Virus record (IMG/VR): IMGVR_UViG_2636415918_000004
Location: 5,442-69,441 of that record
Direction: 5' to 3' (one strand)
Source of the DNA: a virus
Taxonomy: Duplodnaviria > Caudoviricetes
DNA length: 64,000 nt
This document shows, piece by piece, positions 38,764-47,500 of this stretch. The notes below the pieces were generated by a model. The model did not search any database. It saw nothing but the letters and a program-made list of their open reading frames with translations, and was not told the origin of the DNA. Every line of letters starts with the position of its first letter. Position 1 is the first letter of the stretch. Made by a program: the position numbers and the translations under genes.

Positions 38764-39279
38764 TTAAGCTGCATTTGCCTGTGCTTGTTTCAATTGTTCG
38801 AGTAGTTGATCTCGTTGTGCTGTCAGATTTGATAGCTCTTGATCGAGTTGTCTTTCTTCTTCGCGCTTATCACTGATTTGCTGCTGGATACTACGATTTT
38901 TTCGTGGTGGCAATTTGACCTTTTCTTTTTGGTTTTGTTGCTCAACTTTGGCTTGTGATTCACGAATTAACTTTGCCATTCCAGAAACGGCGTTATCAAA
39001 AGTCTGTTGGTAATCGTCACTGAAATCACCTGGTAAAACAATCTCTTTTCCGTTCAATTCAGATTTGAATACATCTGCACTTGCACGAGCGAATAATGTT
39101 AGCTCTTGTCCGCCAGCAAATACTAAAAAGATGGGTACAACGCTTACACCACCTTTACGCTGAACCTTTTTAATTTCAACCAACGGGATGCTTTGACCTG
39201 TTGCCTTTTCTAAAGCTGATTTGATTTTTTTGATATACGGTGTATCTGGTGTAACTGCCGTTAAGTTTAAAGTGCCCAT
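38764..39279 (-). CDS. hdf: Hdf-like protein (stand-alone DarA N-domain plus coiled coil)
   Basis: RKGGVSVVPIFLVFAGGQELTL...DVF..ELNGK parallels the DarA N-domain. Confidence 0.7.
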   Translation of the reverse strand: MGTLNLTAVTPDTPYIKKIKSALEKATGQSIPLVEIKKVQRKGGVSVVPIFLVFAGGQELTLFARASADVFKSELNGKEIVLPGDFSDDYQQTFDNAVSGMAKLIRESQAKVEQQNQKEKVKLPPRKNRSIQQQISDKREEERQLDQELSNLTAQRDQLLEQLKQAQANAA

Positions 39280-39307
39280 AAAAATAGCCTTATGTTTCTA
39301 TAAGGCT

Positions 39308-39349
39308 ATTTTGATTTGAATCTTGTCATTGTCTTGACCTACGTTCCAA
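39308..39349 (-). promoter_or_regulatory. Putative late promoter TTGGAAC-N29-CAAAAT (hdf)
   Basis: gttccaa at 39343-39349, attttg at 39308-39313, perfect 13-bp inverted repeat aaaatagccttat/ataaggctatttt next to the ATG. Confidence 0.8.
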
Positions 39350-39350
39350 T

Positions 39351-39379
39351 AAAAAGCCCACCATCGGTGAGCTTCTTTT
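39351..39379 (-). terminator. Rho-independent terminator
   Basis: aaaagcccacc-atc-ggtgagctt. Confidence 0.6.
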
Positions 39380-39615
39380 CAATTTGAATTTTTACCAGCT
39401 ATCATTTCCTTTGCAGCTTACGTTATATCCTCAATTAACTTCTTAGCTTGATCTGAATTTTTAAAGTTATCCCAATCAGCATCTTTGTTCTTTAAAATAA
39501 CTCCAAGCTCTCGGAACAAAGGCTCGCATTTTTCATTTTTTGGTACTAGATATGAAACTGTAAACTTATAAATTTCGTTTCTACTTCCATTACTAATATA
39601 TTTTAAAGAGTCCGA

Positions 39616-39906
39616 CTATTGTTTTGTCTTATCTAATTTACAAGGAATCCATTCCTTTTCATACCCGTAGGCATCCTTATTGACTGATCCCTTACAATAA
39701 CCTTTCTTCTCTATTTTTTTGGTTATTTCATCCCTTTTATTACAAGCTTGCCATGTCTTTGGATTTTTACCAGAACCACCGCGACATTTCTCATTAAGAA
39801 CCTGTTGATGTTCAATCAGTTTTTGAACATCCAGAGGAGGAAAATAATTAGCATTTGCAGCGATTGGCAAAATTCCTAAAATTAGGCTAAATACCAGTTT
39901 ACCCAT
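39616..39906 (-). CDS. Small exported Cys-containing protein
   Basis: Signal peptide MGKLVFSLILGILPIAANA; four Cys; start overlaps the tape measure stop. Confidence 0.6.
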   Translation of the reverse strand: MGKLVFSLILGILPIAANANYFPPLDVQKLIEHQQVLNEKCRGGSGKNPKTWQACNKRDEITKKIEKKGYCKGSVNKDAYGYEKEWIPCKLDKTKQ

Positions 39907-42103
39907 TAAACTTGTCCCCCATTCCCAACCCACCAGTAATCGCATGAGCTAATAATCGATTGCTCACATTTTGATTGATAGTACCACTATTTTGATTAGT
40001 AACAACAACTTCCTGTGGTGCAGGTGAATTTAAAAACTCTTTTGCTGGCAACACATTTGTTTCCACTTTTGGAGGTGTATAATTCGCTGAAATATTATTG
40101 GACCTTGCTGCTATAGGTTTAACTGTGGTTTGCATATTTAATACAGGTACATTTTGTTTTGCTTTTTGTACTATCTTTTCAGCTTCTTGCTGCGTAGTCG
40201 GACTAGCTACGGGAATTTCAGCATTTTGAGCAAACTTTGCAAGATCATCTGATTTTTTAGGTGTTTCTGCTTTGTTTATTTTATTGTCAACTTTATGTGT
40301 TTGAATATTTCCCTCTGATTTGGTGTAAATATTATTTGCTAAATTTGCCCTTTTTATATGCTCTCTTTCTCCTTCATCATGACGTTCATAAGACTCTGAT
40401 ACTACACGACCTGCTTCACTTGCCGTTTTAGCTTTTTTTAATTTTGTTCCTGCGGGTATTTCTTCTCCTTGTGTCATTTCATAATTAATAAACTCAAGCT
40501 GTTCTTGAAAAGTCGCTTGCTGAATACTTTTACCATATTTCTTTTTAAATTGTTTCTGTCTCGTCTTAGACCACTGAGCTAGGCCATACATTCCGCTGCC
40601 ATCACGATTATAAATGTTATGCTCAAGACCACTTTCTGCTTCTAAATTAGCTACGATCCCTGAAGCTTGAGCTTTACTCCACCCTTTTGCCATGAAAAAA
40701 TCTAAAGCCTCATTTCTTTTTCCTGATTCTTCCAAAGGCTTATTCGAGTTATAAGCAGCTCCAAACTTAACTGGTTCCCCTCCATTTTCCCCTTTCCCAC
40801 CATATTGGCTTCGCAACAAGTAACTTGGATTAGGTTGCCCGTTAAATTTTTCATTCCATTTTTCTTTACCCCAGTCATACAGTGACTTAGCCATTCCAGC
40901 AGGTGTAAGTTTCAAAGCAGCACTGACAAGCTTTGAAATCATTGACGGTATATCAGCCTCAATTAAAGAATCCGTCCATTCTTTTACATACGGCGCAACG
41001 ATACCACCTAGCTTCTCACCAACCCATGAACCTATTGCAGCCCCTGCAATTGTACCAACGGGACCAAAGATACTTCCTATCGCACCACCAGCAACTCCAC
41101 CGACAGCCGAACCTACAGTACCGCCTTTTTCCTTGGTTGATTTAGTACCCCAATCACTAAATGACATAGCAGTGAGTAATGCACCAATTACAGGTAAACC
41201 TTTACCAAATTTGAGGATTTTAGCTAGACCTTTACCTAAACCTTTACCCTTGCCAAGTAGACCACCCAAAAGGCCACCTAGTAGACCACCACCAGCACCA
41301 AGTAGCTTTCCTAATCCACCAAGCAAACCGCCCCTAGATTGCAAATTATCAGCAATTCGCTGAAGTAGTTTTACTTGTTTACGGTTATGGTCACTTTGTT
41401 CTTTAGGCAAGGGCTCATTGCGTTTGCGTGACTTCATCCAACCAGTAAGCGGACGTAACATAAATCCAGCTGCTCGCTTTACTGGTGATAGTACCGTCGC
41501 AACTTCATTAATTGCGTCAAGTGTAGGGTCAACACCTTGGGGATTCGAAGGCATTACACCTTTAATCGCTGTACCAATCGTTTGAGCAACTTTACCCAAT
41601 GTTGATTGTTCTGAATTAGCTCCTATGAAACGCCCATTAGCATCACGTCGACGTTCACCAGTATTGCCAAATTCTCTTATAACGTCCTCAGTGCTATTTA
41701 TTTCAATCGCACGGCGTTTAGGCTTTGCTTTAGGCTGTGGTTTGCTATCTTCTGTTTTAGTTGATTCAGCTATTAAGTCCTCAATAGACTTAGCAACTCG
41801 ATCTAAAGCTAGTGAAGATTGAACTAAAGGATTTGCCTGTTCGCGGATTAGATCAGAAAATTCAGCTGGTTTAATCTGGGCATCAATGAGTGCTTGTTCT
41901 AATGCGCTTAATTTTAGTTTCGATTGGTTCTCTTGTCGTGAATATTGGTTCTCAATTTCTTTGTGTAAACCCATTAAAATATCGCGGATTACTTCCACGT
42001 TTTTATCAATTTTGGATACGTCTTCTCTTGCATTTTTTAGGCTTAGGATAAAGCCTTGTGCGTCGTATTGGAGAATGGTTTTATTTTGATCATTCGTAGA
42101 CAT
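39899..42103 (-). CDS. Tape measure protein (P1 Sit-like) with a phage tail lysozyme domain
   Basis: Gly/Ala-rich amphipathic middle region; GWSKAQASGIVANLEAESGL...YGLAQW...EQLEFI...YER lysozyme-like domain. Confidence 0.8.
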   Translation of the reverse strand: MSTNDQNKTILQYDAQGFILSLKNAREDVSKIDKNVEVIRDILMGLHKEIENQYSRQENQSKLKLSALEQALIDAQIKPAEFSDLIREQANPLVQSSLALDRVAKSIEDLIAESTKTEDSKPQPKAKPKRRAIEINSTEDVIREFGNTGERRRDANGRFIGANSEQSTLGKVAQTIGTAIKGVMPSNPQGVDPTLDAINEVATVLSPVKRAAGFMLRPLTGWMKSRKRNEPLPKEQSDHNRKQVKLLQRIADNLQSRGGLLGGLGKLLGAGGGLLGGLLGGLLGKGKGLGKGLAKILKFGKGLPVIGALLTAMSFSDWGTKSTKEKGGTVGSAVGGVAGGAIGSIFGPVGTIAGAAIGSWVGEKLGGIVAPYVKEWTDSLIEADIPSMISKLVSAALKLTPAGMAKSLYDWGKEKWNEKFNGQPNPSYLLRSQYGGKGENGGEPVKFGAAYNSNKPLEESGKRNEALDFFMAKGWSKAQASGIVANLEAESGLEHNIYNRDGSGMYGLAQWSKTRQKQFKKKYGKSIQQATFQEQLEFINYEMTQGEEIPAGTKLKKAKTASEAGRVVSESYERHDEGEREHIKRANLANNIYTKSEGNIQTHKVDNKINKAETPKKSDDLAKFAQNAEIPVASPTTQQEAEKIVQKAKQNVPVLNMQTTVKPIAARSNNISANYTPPKVETNVLPAKEFLNSPAPQEVVVTNQNSGTINQNVSNRLLAHAITGGLGMGDKFNG

Positions 42104-42132
42104 AAAAAATCACCCTATTTTTACATAGAGTG

Positions 42133-42173
42133 ATTTTGCGCCATACCTAGCTCTAATATTTTATATGGTTCCA
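42133..42173 (-). promoter_or_regulatory. Putative late promoter TGGAAC-N29-CAAAAT (tape measure)
   Basis: gttcca at 42168-42173, attttg at 42133-42138, hairpin aaaatcaccctat/atagagtgatttt. Confidence 0.8.
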
Positions 42174-42601
42174 GCTTGTTTTCCTTTAATTGTGTTGAGA
42201 CCAAAAGCATCTCGAATGCTCTCGATTTTCCACTTTGGCCAACGCTTTACTTGTTCCTCACATCTGTTTAAATACTCTAACAAAGATTCATTTTTTGATT
42301 GCTTGATTTGTCTATCCATAGTGAAAGACTTTCGAGAATTGTTATTTAAATTACAAACCCTTATTGCTTGACCATTGTTTGATTCTAACCTATGCCCTAC
42401 TGCGACTTCTTCTTTAGTCGCTTTCCTATAGTTGGTACCATACTGACTTATAACTTCACCAGACTCAGTATTTTTGATCATGTATTTCTTTCTATTAAGA
42501 TATTCATCATCCTCAATACCGATGACCTCATCAACTAAATTGAACTCATTGCCATAAATACCTAAATATAAAATTTTTTCTCCTATTTCAAACTGATTCA
42601 T
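42161..42601 (-). CDS. Hypothetical protein with RxATxxE-type N-terminal domain
   Basis: gagg RBS before MNQFEIG. Confidence 0.6.
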   Translation of the reverse strand: MNQFEIGEKILYLGIYGNEFNLVDEVIGIEDDEYLNRKKYMIKNTESGEVISQYGTNYRKATKEEVAVGHRLESNNGQAIRVCNLNNNSRKSFTMDRQIKQSKNESLLEYLNRCEEQVKRWPKWKIESIRDAFGLNTIKGKQAGTI

Positions 42602-42950
42602 GGCAAACCTCATCATCGCAAAGTGATTGGTCTATATCACCTGTTAAAGCTTCAATAATATCGTTTGGATTAACTACCTGCTGGCAACCAAATAAACTCA
42701 TTACATGATTGATTCGATTCTGCAATTTCTGAGTTTTTCTGGTTTCCATATCAATAATGTTGTGAAGTATTTGACTATCTTGACTCAGCTTTTGCTCCAA
42801 GCTTTCATTTAGTTTTAATTGAGTCTGCAATTCTACTTCTAAAAACTGAACATATAACAATTCTTGCATGTTGTTATATATCTGAGTGATGTAGTAATCA
42901 CTCAAACCTTCATGTTTTGAATGGCAATATTGAATAAATTTTTCTAACAT
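42588..42950 (-). CDS. Hypothetical coiled-coil protein
   Basis: Coupled ORF in the accessory gene array. Confidence 0.55.
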   Translation of the reverse strand: MLEKFIQYCHSKHEGLSDYYITQIYNNMQELLYVQFLEVELQTQLKLNESLEQKLSQDSQILHNIIDMETRKTQKLQNRINHVMSLFGCQQVVNPNDIIEALTGDIDQSLCDDEVCHESV

Positions 42951-42951
42951 T

Positions 42952-43179
42952 TTATTTCTCATCCATTCCGTTAGGCTCACCGATATGGTCTATTCTATGA
43001 CCTGCTGCGATTTCATCTTCTGTTGCTAATCGCATATCGGCAAAGTAAACAAAGCACTCCTTCCCATCTTCCACAGCTATTGCAACTGCATCCACATCAT
43101 CAATAATTTTGAACAGGCAATTTTTGTATTTATTTTGGTCTTTATAGACAAGAAAATCCCCGTCCTTAAACATGCTCAC
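42952..43179 (-). CDS. Hypothetical protein (stand-alone RxATxxE domain)
   Basis: FKDGDFLV...RLATEDEIAAGHR. Confidence 0.6.
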   Translation of the reverse strand: MSMFKDGDFLVYKDQNKYKNCLFKIIDDVDAVAIAVEDGKECFVYFADMRLATEDEIAAGHRIDHIGEPNGMDEK

Positions 43180-43849
43180 CTCCCAACGTTTCGATATTTC
43201 CGAATAGTTGATCGTGGTCAGAAAGAGCTTGTTCTAACTTATCAATATTTAAACATCCCATAACAATTGATCCATTCAATTCAATTGGAATAGAAAATGT
43301 TGAATATCCATGCTCCTTGGCTTGTTTTACTTGAGCTTTAGCAGCTTTCGGTCCACCTACTTTATTTACTAAATCTATATTTTCTAAAAGACGCTTTAAC
43401 TCAGCAAGATCAATCATTCCCATAATCATTTCATTGGTAAAATTAAATCTTGGCAAACACCATCTAAGCTCTAACTCGCACCACTCTAGGTGATCTTTAG
43501 AATTAAAATATAAGTCTATATTCTCTGCTGTAACTAAATCATGATGTGTTGAACCTTCGGGTGCATTCTTTAATACTTCCATAGCCTTTAATAGACCATA
43601 TTCAGCAATAAAACTTTTCACTATCTGAATTTGAGATGCTATTCCACTTGTAATTTCATCACCTGTAGCATGTCTCCATCTAGTGGGTAAATAGGATTTA
43701 ACAATAAAGCCCCACCCACCAGACTTAGTTTTATATTTAAAGTCATAACCCAAATCTTCAGTTAGTTCACAAACCTGATTTGTATATTTAAGTGAAACAG
43801 GTAAAACAAAATCACCTACTTTGTATTCATTTATTCCGTTGGTTTTCAT
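43166..43849 (-). CDS. Hypothetical protein (RxATxxE domain plus APxGxTH domain)
   Basis: Coupled ORF; shares motifs with neighbouring genes. Confidence 0.6.
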   Translation of the reverse strand: MKTNGINEYKVGDFVLPVSLKYTNQVCELTEDLGYDFKYKTKSGGWGFIVKSYLPTRWRHATGDEITSGIASQIQIVKSFIAEYGLLKAMEVLKNAPEGSTHHDLVTAENIDLYFNSKDHLEWCELELRWCLPRFNFTNEMIMGMIDLAELKRLLENIDLVNKVGGPKAAKAQVKQAKEHGYSTFSIPIELNGSIVMGCLNIDKLEQALSDHDQLFGNIETLGGEHV

Positions 43850-44541
43850 AAACTTTGCACCTTAATTTTTTCTATGTTCTGTAAGCAATTATTGAGATTT
43901 GCATCTTGTTGTAGCTTCTGAATTTCATGCGCTTGTCTTTGGCATTCCATTTCTAACCGGGTGAAATTTCTTTGCATGTATAGAATCTTTTCAGGATCTC
44001 TTAATCGAGCTAAAGCCATCGTCAATAAATTGAACTCGTTCTGTACGTTTCGATCATTAAAAGCAAAATCGATAAAGCTTTGTTCTAATGCTTTACCATT
44101 GCGCCAATATTGAGAATTTTGACTCCATTCATTGTCATACCTCTCTTTAGGTACAGCCATTGCGCCTTTAATGTATTTGCAGCGTTTACCATTAGAAACA
44201 TAGATCAATCCCCATCTCTCTGGTAATTCTTCAGGTTGAATTAGGTCTGTCGGGCAAATGAAATAGCGCCATTTACCAATGCCTATGGCTGGATCAATAC
44301 GATGTGGTTTTTTCTTATCAGCCAAGAAATCAGAACGGCTAGTTTTAGCTTCTAATAAAATTGTGCCCACATCGTATCCATTGCCGTGGCGAACACCGAA
44401 TACATCGGGATTCTCTCCATAGCACGACGGCTCAACGATTGAAAAATGGCAACCATGTCCATTAGCAGATTCAGGTTTTCTCAACAACGCAGCGCCGACT
44501 TCACACAACTCTCTATGAGTTAAATTTGTTTTAATTTTCAT
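43846..44541 (-). CDS. PD-(D/E)xK nuclease-like protein (MmcB-like)
   Basis: ENPDVFG...LLEAKTSRSDFLADKKK...RYFICP...ELPERWGL. Confidence 0.7.
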   Translation of the reverse strand: MKIKTNLTHRELCEVGAALLRKPESANGHGCHFSIVEPSCYGENPDVFGVRHGNGYDVGTILLEAKTSRSDFLADKKKPHRIDPAIGIGKWRYFICPTDLIQPEELPERWGLIYVSNGKRCKYIKGAMAVPKERYDNEWSQNSQYWRNGKALEQSFIDFAFNDRNVQNEFNLLTMALARLRDPEKILYMQRNFTRLEMECQRQAHEIQKLQQDANLNNCLQNIEKIKVQSL

Positions 44542-44794
44542 AGATGTGTTCCTCGTATGAAATCTCTAAATATTCTTTCGCACTAGCGTAAGCACTATTA
44601 AGTTCAGCAATATATGTAGTCAAATAACTTAAATCATTCTGAAAGTTATCTTTAGCAAGTGCCAAGGCTTCTTGATAGTCAAACTCAAGAAACTCCACAT
44701 AATTTCTTATGTATGTATCAGCATACCAATCCAAATGTTTTGTATTTAGAAAGTTCATTTTCTGATCTTCAAGTCGTTTTTTTACATCAGTCAT
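44531..44794 (-). CDS. Hypothetical protein
   Basis: Coupled ORF. Confidence 0.55.
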   Translation of the reverse strand: MTDVKKRLEDQKMNFLNTKHLDWYADTYIRNYVEFLEFDYQEALALAKDNFQNDLSYLTTYIAELNSAYASAKEYLEISYEEHIYEN

Positions 44795-45635
44795 TTACCA
44801 GCTCCACATCATCAGGATCACCTGCCTCAATCATTGCTAACTTACGTGCAAAGGCTGCTTTTTTATCAGTGGCCATTTTCTCTTTGGCAAGTCTCATTCG
44901 TTCTTCAGCTCCAGCCACAACCGCAGAGCGTTTCGACTGTATTTCAGACTGATCTTTGAGTTCTTCAATCTCAAAGCCCCAAAATAAAGCTTCGGACTTT
45001 GCGATATTCGCTAATGTGATACTTTGCTTAACATTCAGCTCTACGATTTGACTGATCAAACCCATTTTGAACTTTAAGCCATTAATAATTTTTATAGCCT
45101 CTTTATCTTCAGGATCTAAATTTCCTACATCGAGCTGTAAAACTTCATCTCTGATATGAATAACACTGGTAATTGTGTCACCAGCTAATTGGCCCAAATC
45201 AGCCAGTCGTAGCCGATTCTGTTGAATGATTTGTGCTGAAGTCAGTCTATTCAGATCAGCTGCACTAAATCCATTATCTGACTTTGATTTTTGACCCCAA
45301 AACTCAGCAATATTTGACGGCTTTTTGACAGATTTTTGACTAGCATTTTCTCCTTCATTTTCATTATCTTGGGTGCTTTCTTGACTAGTCTTTTTACTAG
45401 TCAATTTTTTAATTTCATTATTGAGTTCACGGGCAGTCTTTTTGACTAGATTTTTCGTGCACTTTTTCCATTTTTCAGCGATTGCTTTACGGCGTACTAC
45501 TGAGGGAGAAGGCATTTCGCAGCCTAACTCCTCACCGACTTGATCAACTAGTTTTTGCCAGGTGATCTTAGGGGATGACTCATAAACTAATTTGAGTCGA
45601 TCCCATATTTCTTGTGAATATGATTGCACTGCCAT
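44787..45635 (-). CDS. Terminase small subunit (PacA-like)
   Basis: N-terminal HTH (W..LK..YE...VRRKAIAEKWKK) and helical C-terminus typical of small terminases. Confidence 0.55.
   Translation of the reverse strand: MAVQSYSQEIWDRLKLVYESSPKITWQKLVDQVGEELGCEMPSPSVVRRKAIAEKWKKCTKNLVKKTARELNNEIKKLTSKKTSQESTQDNENEGENASQKSVKKPSNIAEFWGQKSKSDNGFSAADLNRLTSAQIIQQNRLRLADLGQLAGDTITSVIHIRDEVLQLDVGNLDPEDKEAIKIINGLKFKMGLISQIVELNVKQSITLANIAKSEALFWGFEIEELKDQSEIQSKRSAVVAGAEERMRLAKEKMATDKKAAFARKLAMIEAGDPDDVELVND
45278..45450. repeat. Phased TTGAC repeats inside the small terminase gene (candidate pac site)
   Basis: TTGAC at 45291, 45314, 45325, 45336, 45381, 45442, inverted copy at 45400; palindrome GACTAGTC at 45383-45390. 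Confidence 0.5.
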
Positions 45636-45637
45636 AG

Positions 45638-46339
45638 TTAATTACTCAGTGCATCACCTGAAAAGAAATCGAACTGAGCTTCATCTTTCTCATCAGTAAG
45701 TAAAGTTGTTTGAGTGAAACGTGTTTTACGTTGACTCTTTAAGTCTTGAAGTATTTTCTCTTGAATTTCACCCTCATCACGATCTGAAATATCTTCCAAA
45801 CCTTTGGCAATATGATTGAATTGAACTGCACGCTCTTTTTCACATTCCTGAATTGTTTGGATTAAATCCATCATTACAGGTTGTAATTTCTCTTGTTGAG
45901 GGCGGTCAAGTTGCAAAAATTGTTTTGCGACTATTTTTGATTGCTCTAATAGCTGTACCTGTAGCGCCTTGGGAAACGAGCTGATATGTCTTGCACATAA
46001 CAAAGAAATCTGTGCTGTAATCGCATTTAGGTTATCTGCCAAAATATCGCCAACACTATTAAACAGAACACCTGCAACGGATTCAGTTTCGTTTAGTTCA
46101 GGATTAATCGTAAAACCTAATACCCAATCGACAGATACCCGATACATACTGCACATGACTTGCAGTAACTCAGCATCTGGTAATGTCTTACCATTCTCCA
46201 TTTCACTAATACGGTTCTTTTGCTCAACACCAAACAATTCAATAGCAACTTCGTGTTGAAGCATTCCACGGCGTTCTCTTGCAAGTGCAAGTTTACGACC
46301 GATCAAGACTCGTTTTTCTAAATCAGTTCTTTTAGCCAT
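45638..46339 (-). CDS. XRE-family HTH regulator with a long helical C-terminus (candidate late activator)
   Basis: IGRKLALARERRGMLQHEVA...ISEMENGKTLP...VSVDWVLG. Confidence 0.75.
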   Translation of the reverse strand: MAKRTDLEKRVLIGRKLALARERRGMLQHEVAIELFGVEQKNRISEMENGKTLPDAELLQVMCSMYRVSVDWVLGFTINPELNETESVAGVLFNSVGDILADNLNAITAQISLLCARHISSFPKALQVQLLEQSKIVAKQFLQLDRPQQEKLQPVMMDLIQTIQECEKERAVQFNHIAKGLEDISDRDEGEIQEKILQDLKSQRKTRFTQTTLLTDEKDEAQFDFFSGDALSN

Positions 46340-47034
46340 TACGCAACTCTCCCAGCAAGCCAGTCGAAGTTCACTTTCTTATCAAGCCAATTTGTTTCGT
46401 TGATAAATACACATGAAAGCCATACACAACCATCTTCAGTAGGTTCTGCAAATTCGATTTTTTCTTTCACAAAAATGTTGTCATCTTTAAAAAGTAGCTC
46501 TGTACCTTTCAAAGAGTCGATTAGCAGTTTTGGATAGTTATCAATATCAAAACGCGGATATGTGCTTGCACTGTAACTACGAGTTTTTCGTGGTGGCTGA
46601 ACAAGCAATCGAATTTCACATTGTTGTGAAGTTGCTTTCCATTTAAGCGCTTTAAAAATAGGTGCATAGATTTCAAAAACACGACGTTTAAATTTCTTAG
46701 CACCAACAGATAAACTATTACGTTGTTTGCCTGTGCTCTCGTCAATCGTTGCACGCCAAATATCATTCGCACTAATGCCATAAGGGAGTTTTACAGTGAT
46801 AAAGCCTTTCCCTGTAATCACTAATCCGCCTGTACTGCATTGATGCAGTTGATCACCGTTTACTGTTTCGCTAGTCACAGCACATGGCAATATAACTTTT
46901 TTATCTAAAGCTCGACGTGCGCGTGCTTGGCGATTCGTTTTGGTTTCAATCAGAGGATGCATTGCAAAGAATTCAGTTTTGCCGTTTTTCGCCCACTGTT
47001 CCCATAAATTACGACTTTTACCCATGATGATCAC
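46339..47034 (-). CDS. rusA: RusA-family Holliday junction resolvase
   Basis: SANDIWR, DIDNYPKLLIDSL and DDNIFV catalytic motifs. Confidence 0.8.
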   Translation of the reverse strand: MIIMGKSRNLWEQWAKNGKTEFFAMHPLIETKTNRQARARRALDKKVILPCAVTSETVNGDQLHQCSTGGLVITGKGFITVKLPYGISANDIWRATIDESTGKQRNSLSVGAKKFKRRVFEIYAPIFKALKWKATSQQCEIRLLVQPPRKTRSYSASTYPRFDIDNYPKLLIDSLKGTELLFKDDNIFVKEKIEFAEPTEDGCVWLSCVFINETNWLDKKVNFDWLAGRVA

Positions 47035-47500
47035 CCTTTGAAGCAGTGTTCAACGTATTGAGTTTATGAAGTAAAGCTTTATTTTCAGCATGGCTTAAGC
47101 GAAGTTCTTTCCAAAGCTCAAATGCCAATGCAACAGCTAATTTTTGATAGCCATCAATTGAATCGTAGGTAAATACATCAACTCCATATTGATTAATCAA
47201 AACTGAATATTGCTTTTGCTGTTTTAACCATGTTTCGAATTCTTCACGAATTTGCTTAATTAGTTCCAGTGAAGTGAGTTGAACAAAGTTTTCAGGGCAC
47301 ATAAACGGGGTGCCTAGTTCCAATTGACCGTAGACATAACCATCTTCATGGCGATCTACAATCGCATCACCTTTGATATGTTTACATGAAAACTCAGTAC
47401 GTGAATCGCTAATGAAATCTATGTGTACTCTTGTACCCTTTTTAAATTGCGTTGTTTTCGCTGCTGTTGGCTCTTTTGCTTGAGCTATTGTCTGATTCAT
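47018..47500 (-). CDS. Hypothetical protein
   Basis: Coupled ORF. Confidence 0.55.
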   Translation of the reverse strand: MNQTIAQAKEPTAAKTTQFKKGTRVHIDFISDSRTEFSCKHIKGDAIVDRHEDGYVYGQLELGTPFMCPENFVQLTSLELIKQIREEFETWLKQQKQYSVLINQYGVDVFTYDSIDGYQKLAVALAFELWKELRLSHAENKALLHKLNTLNTASKGDHHG

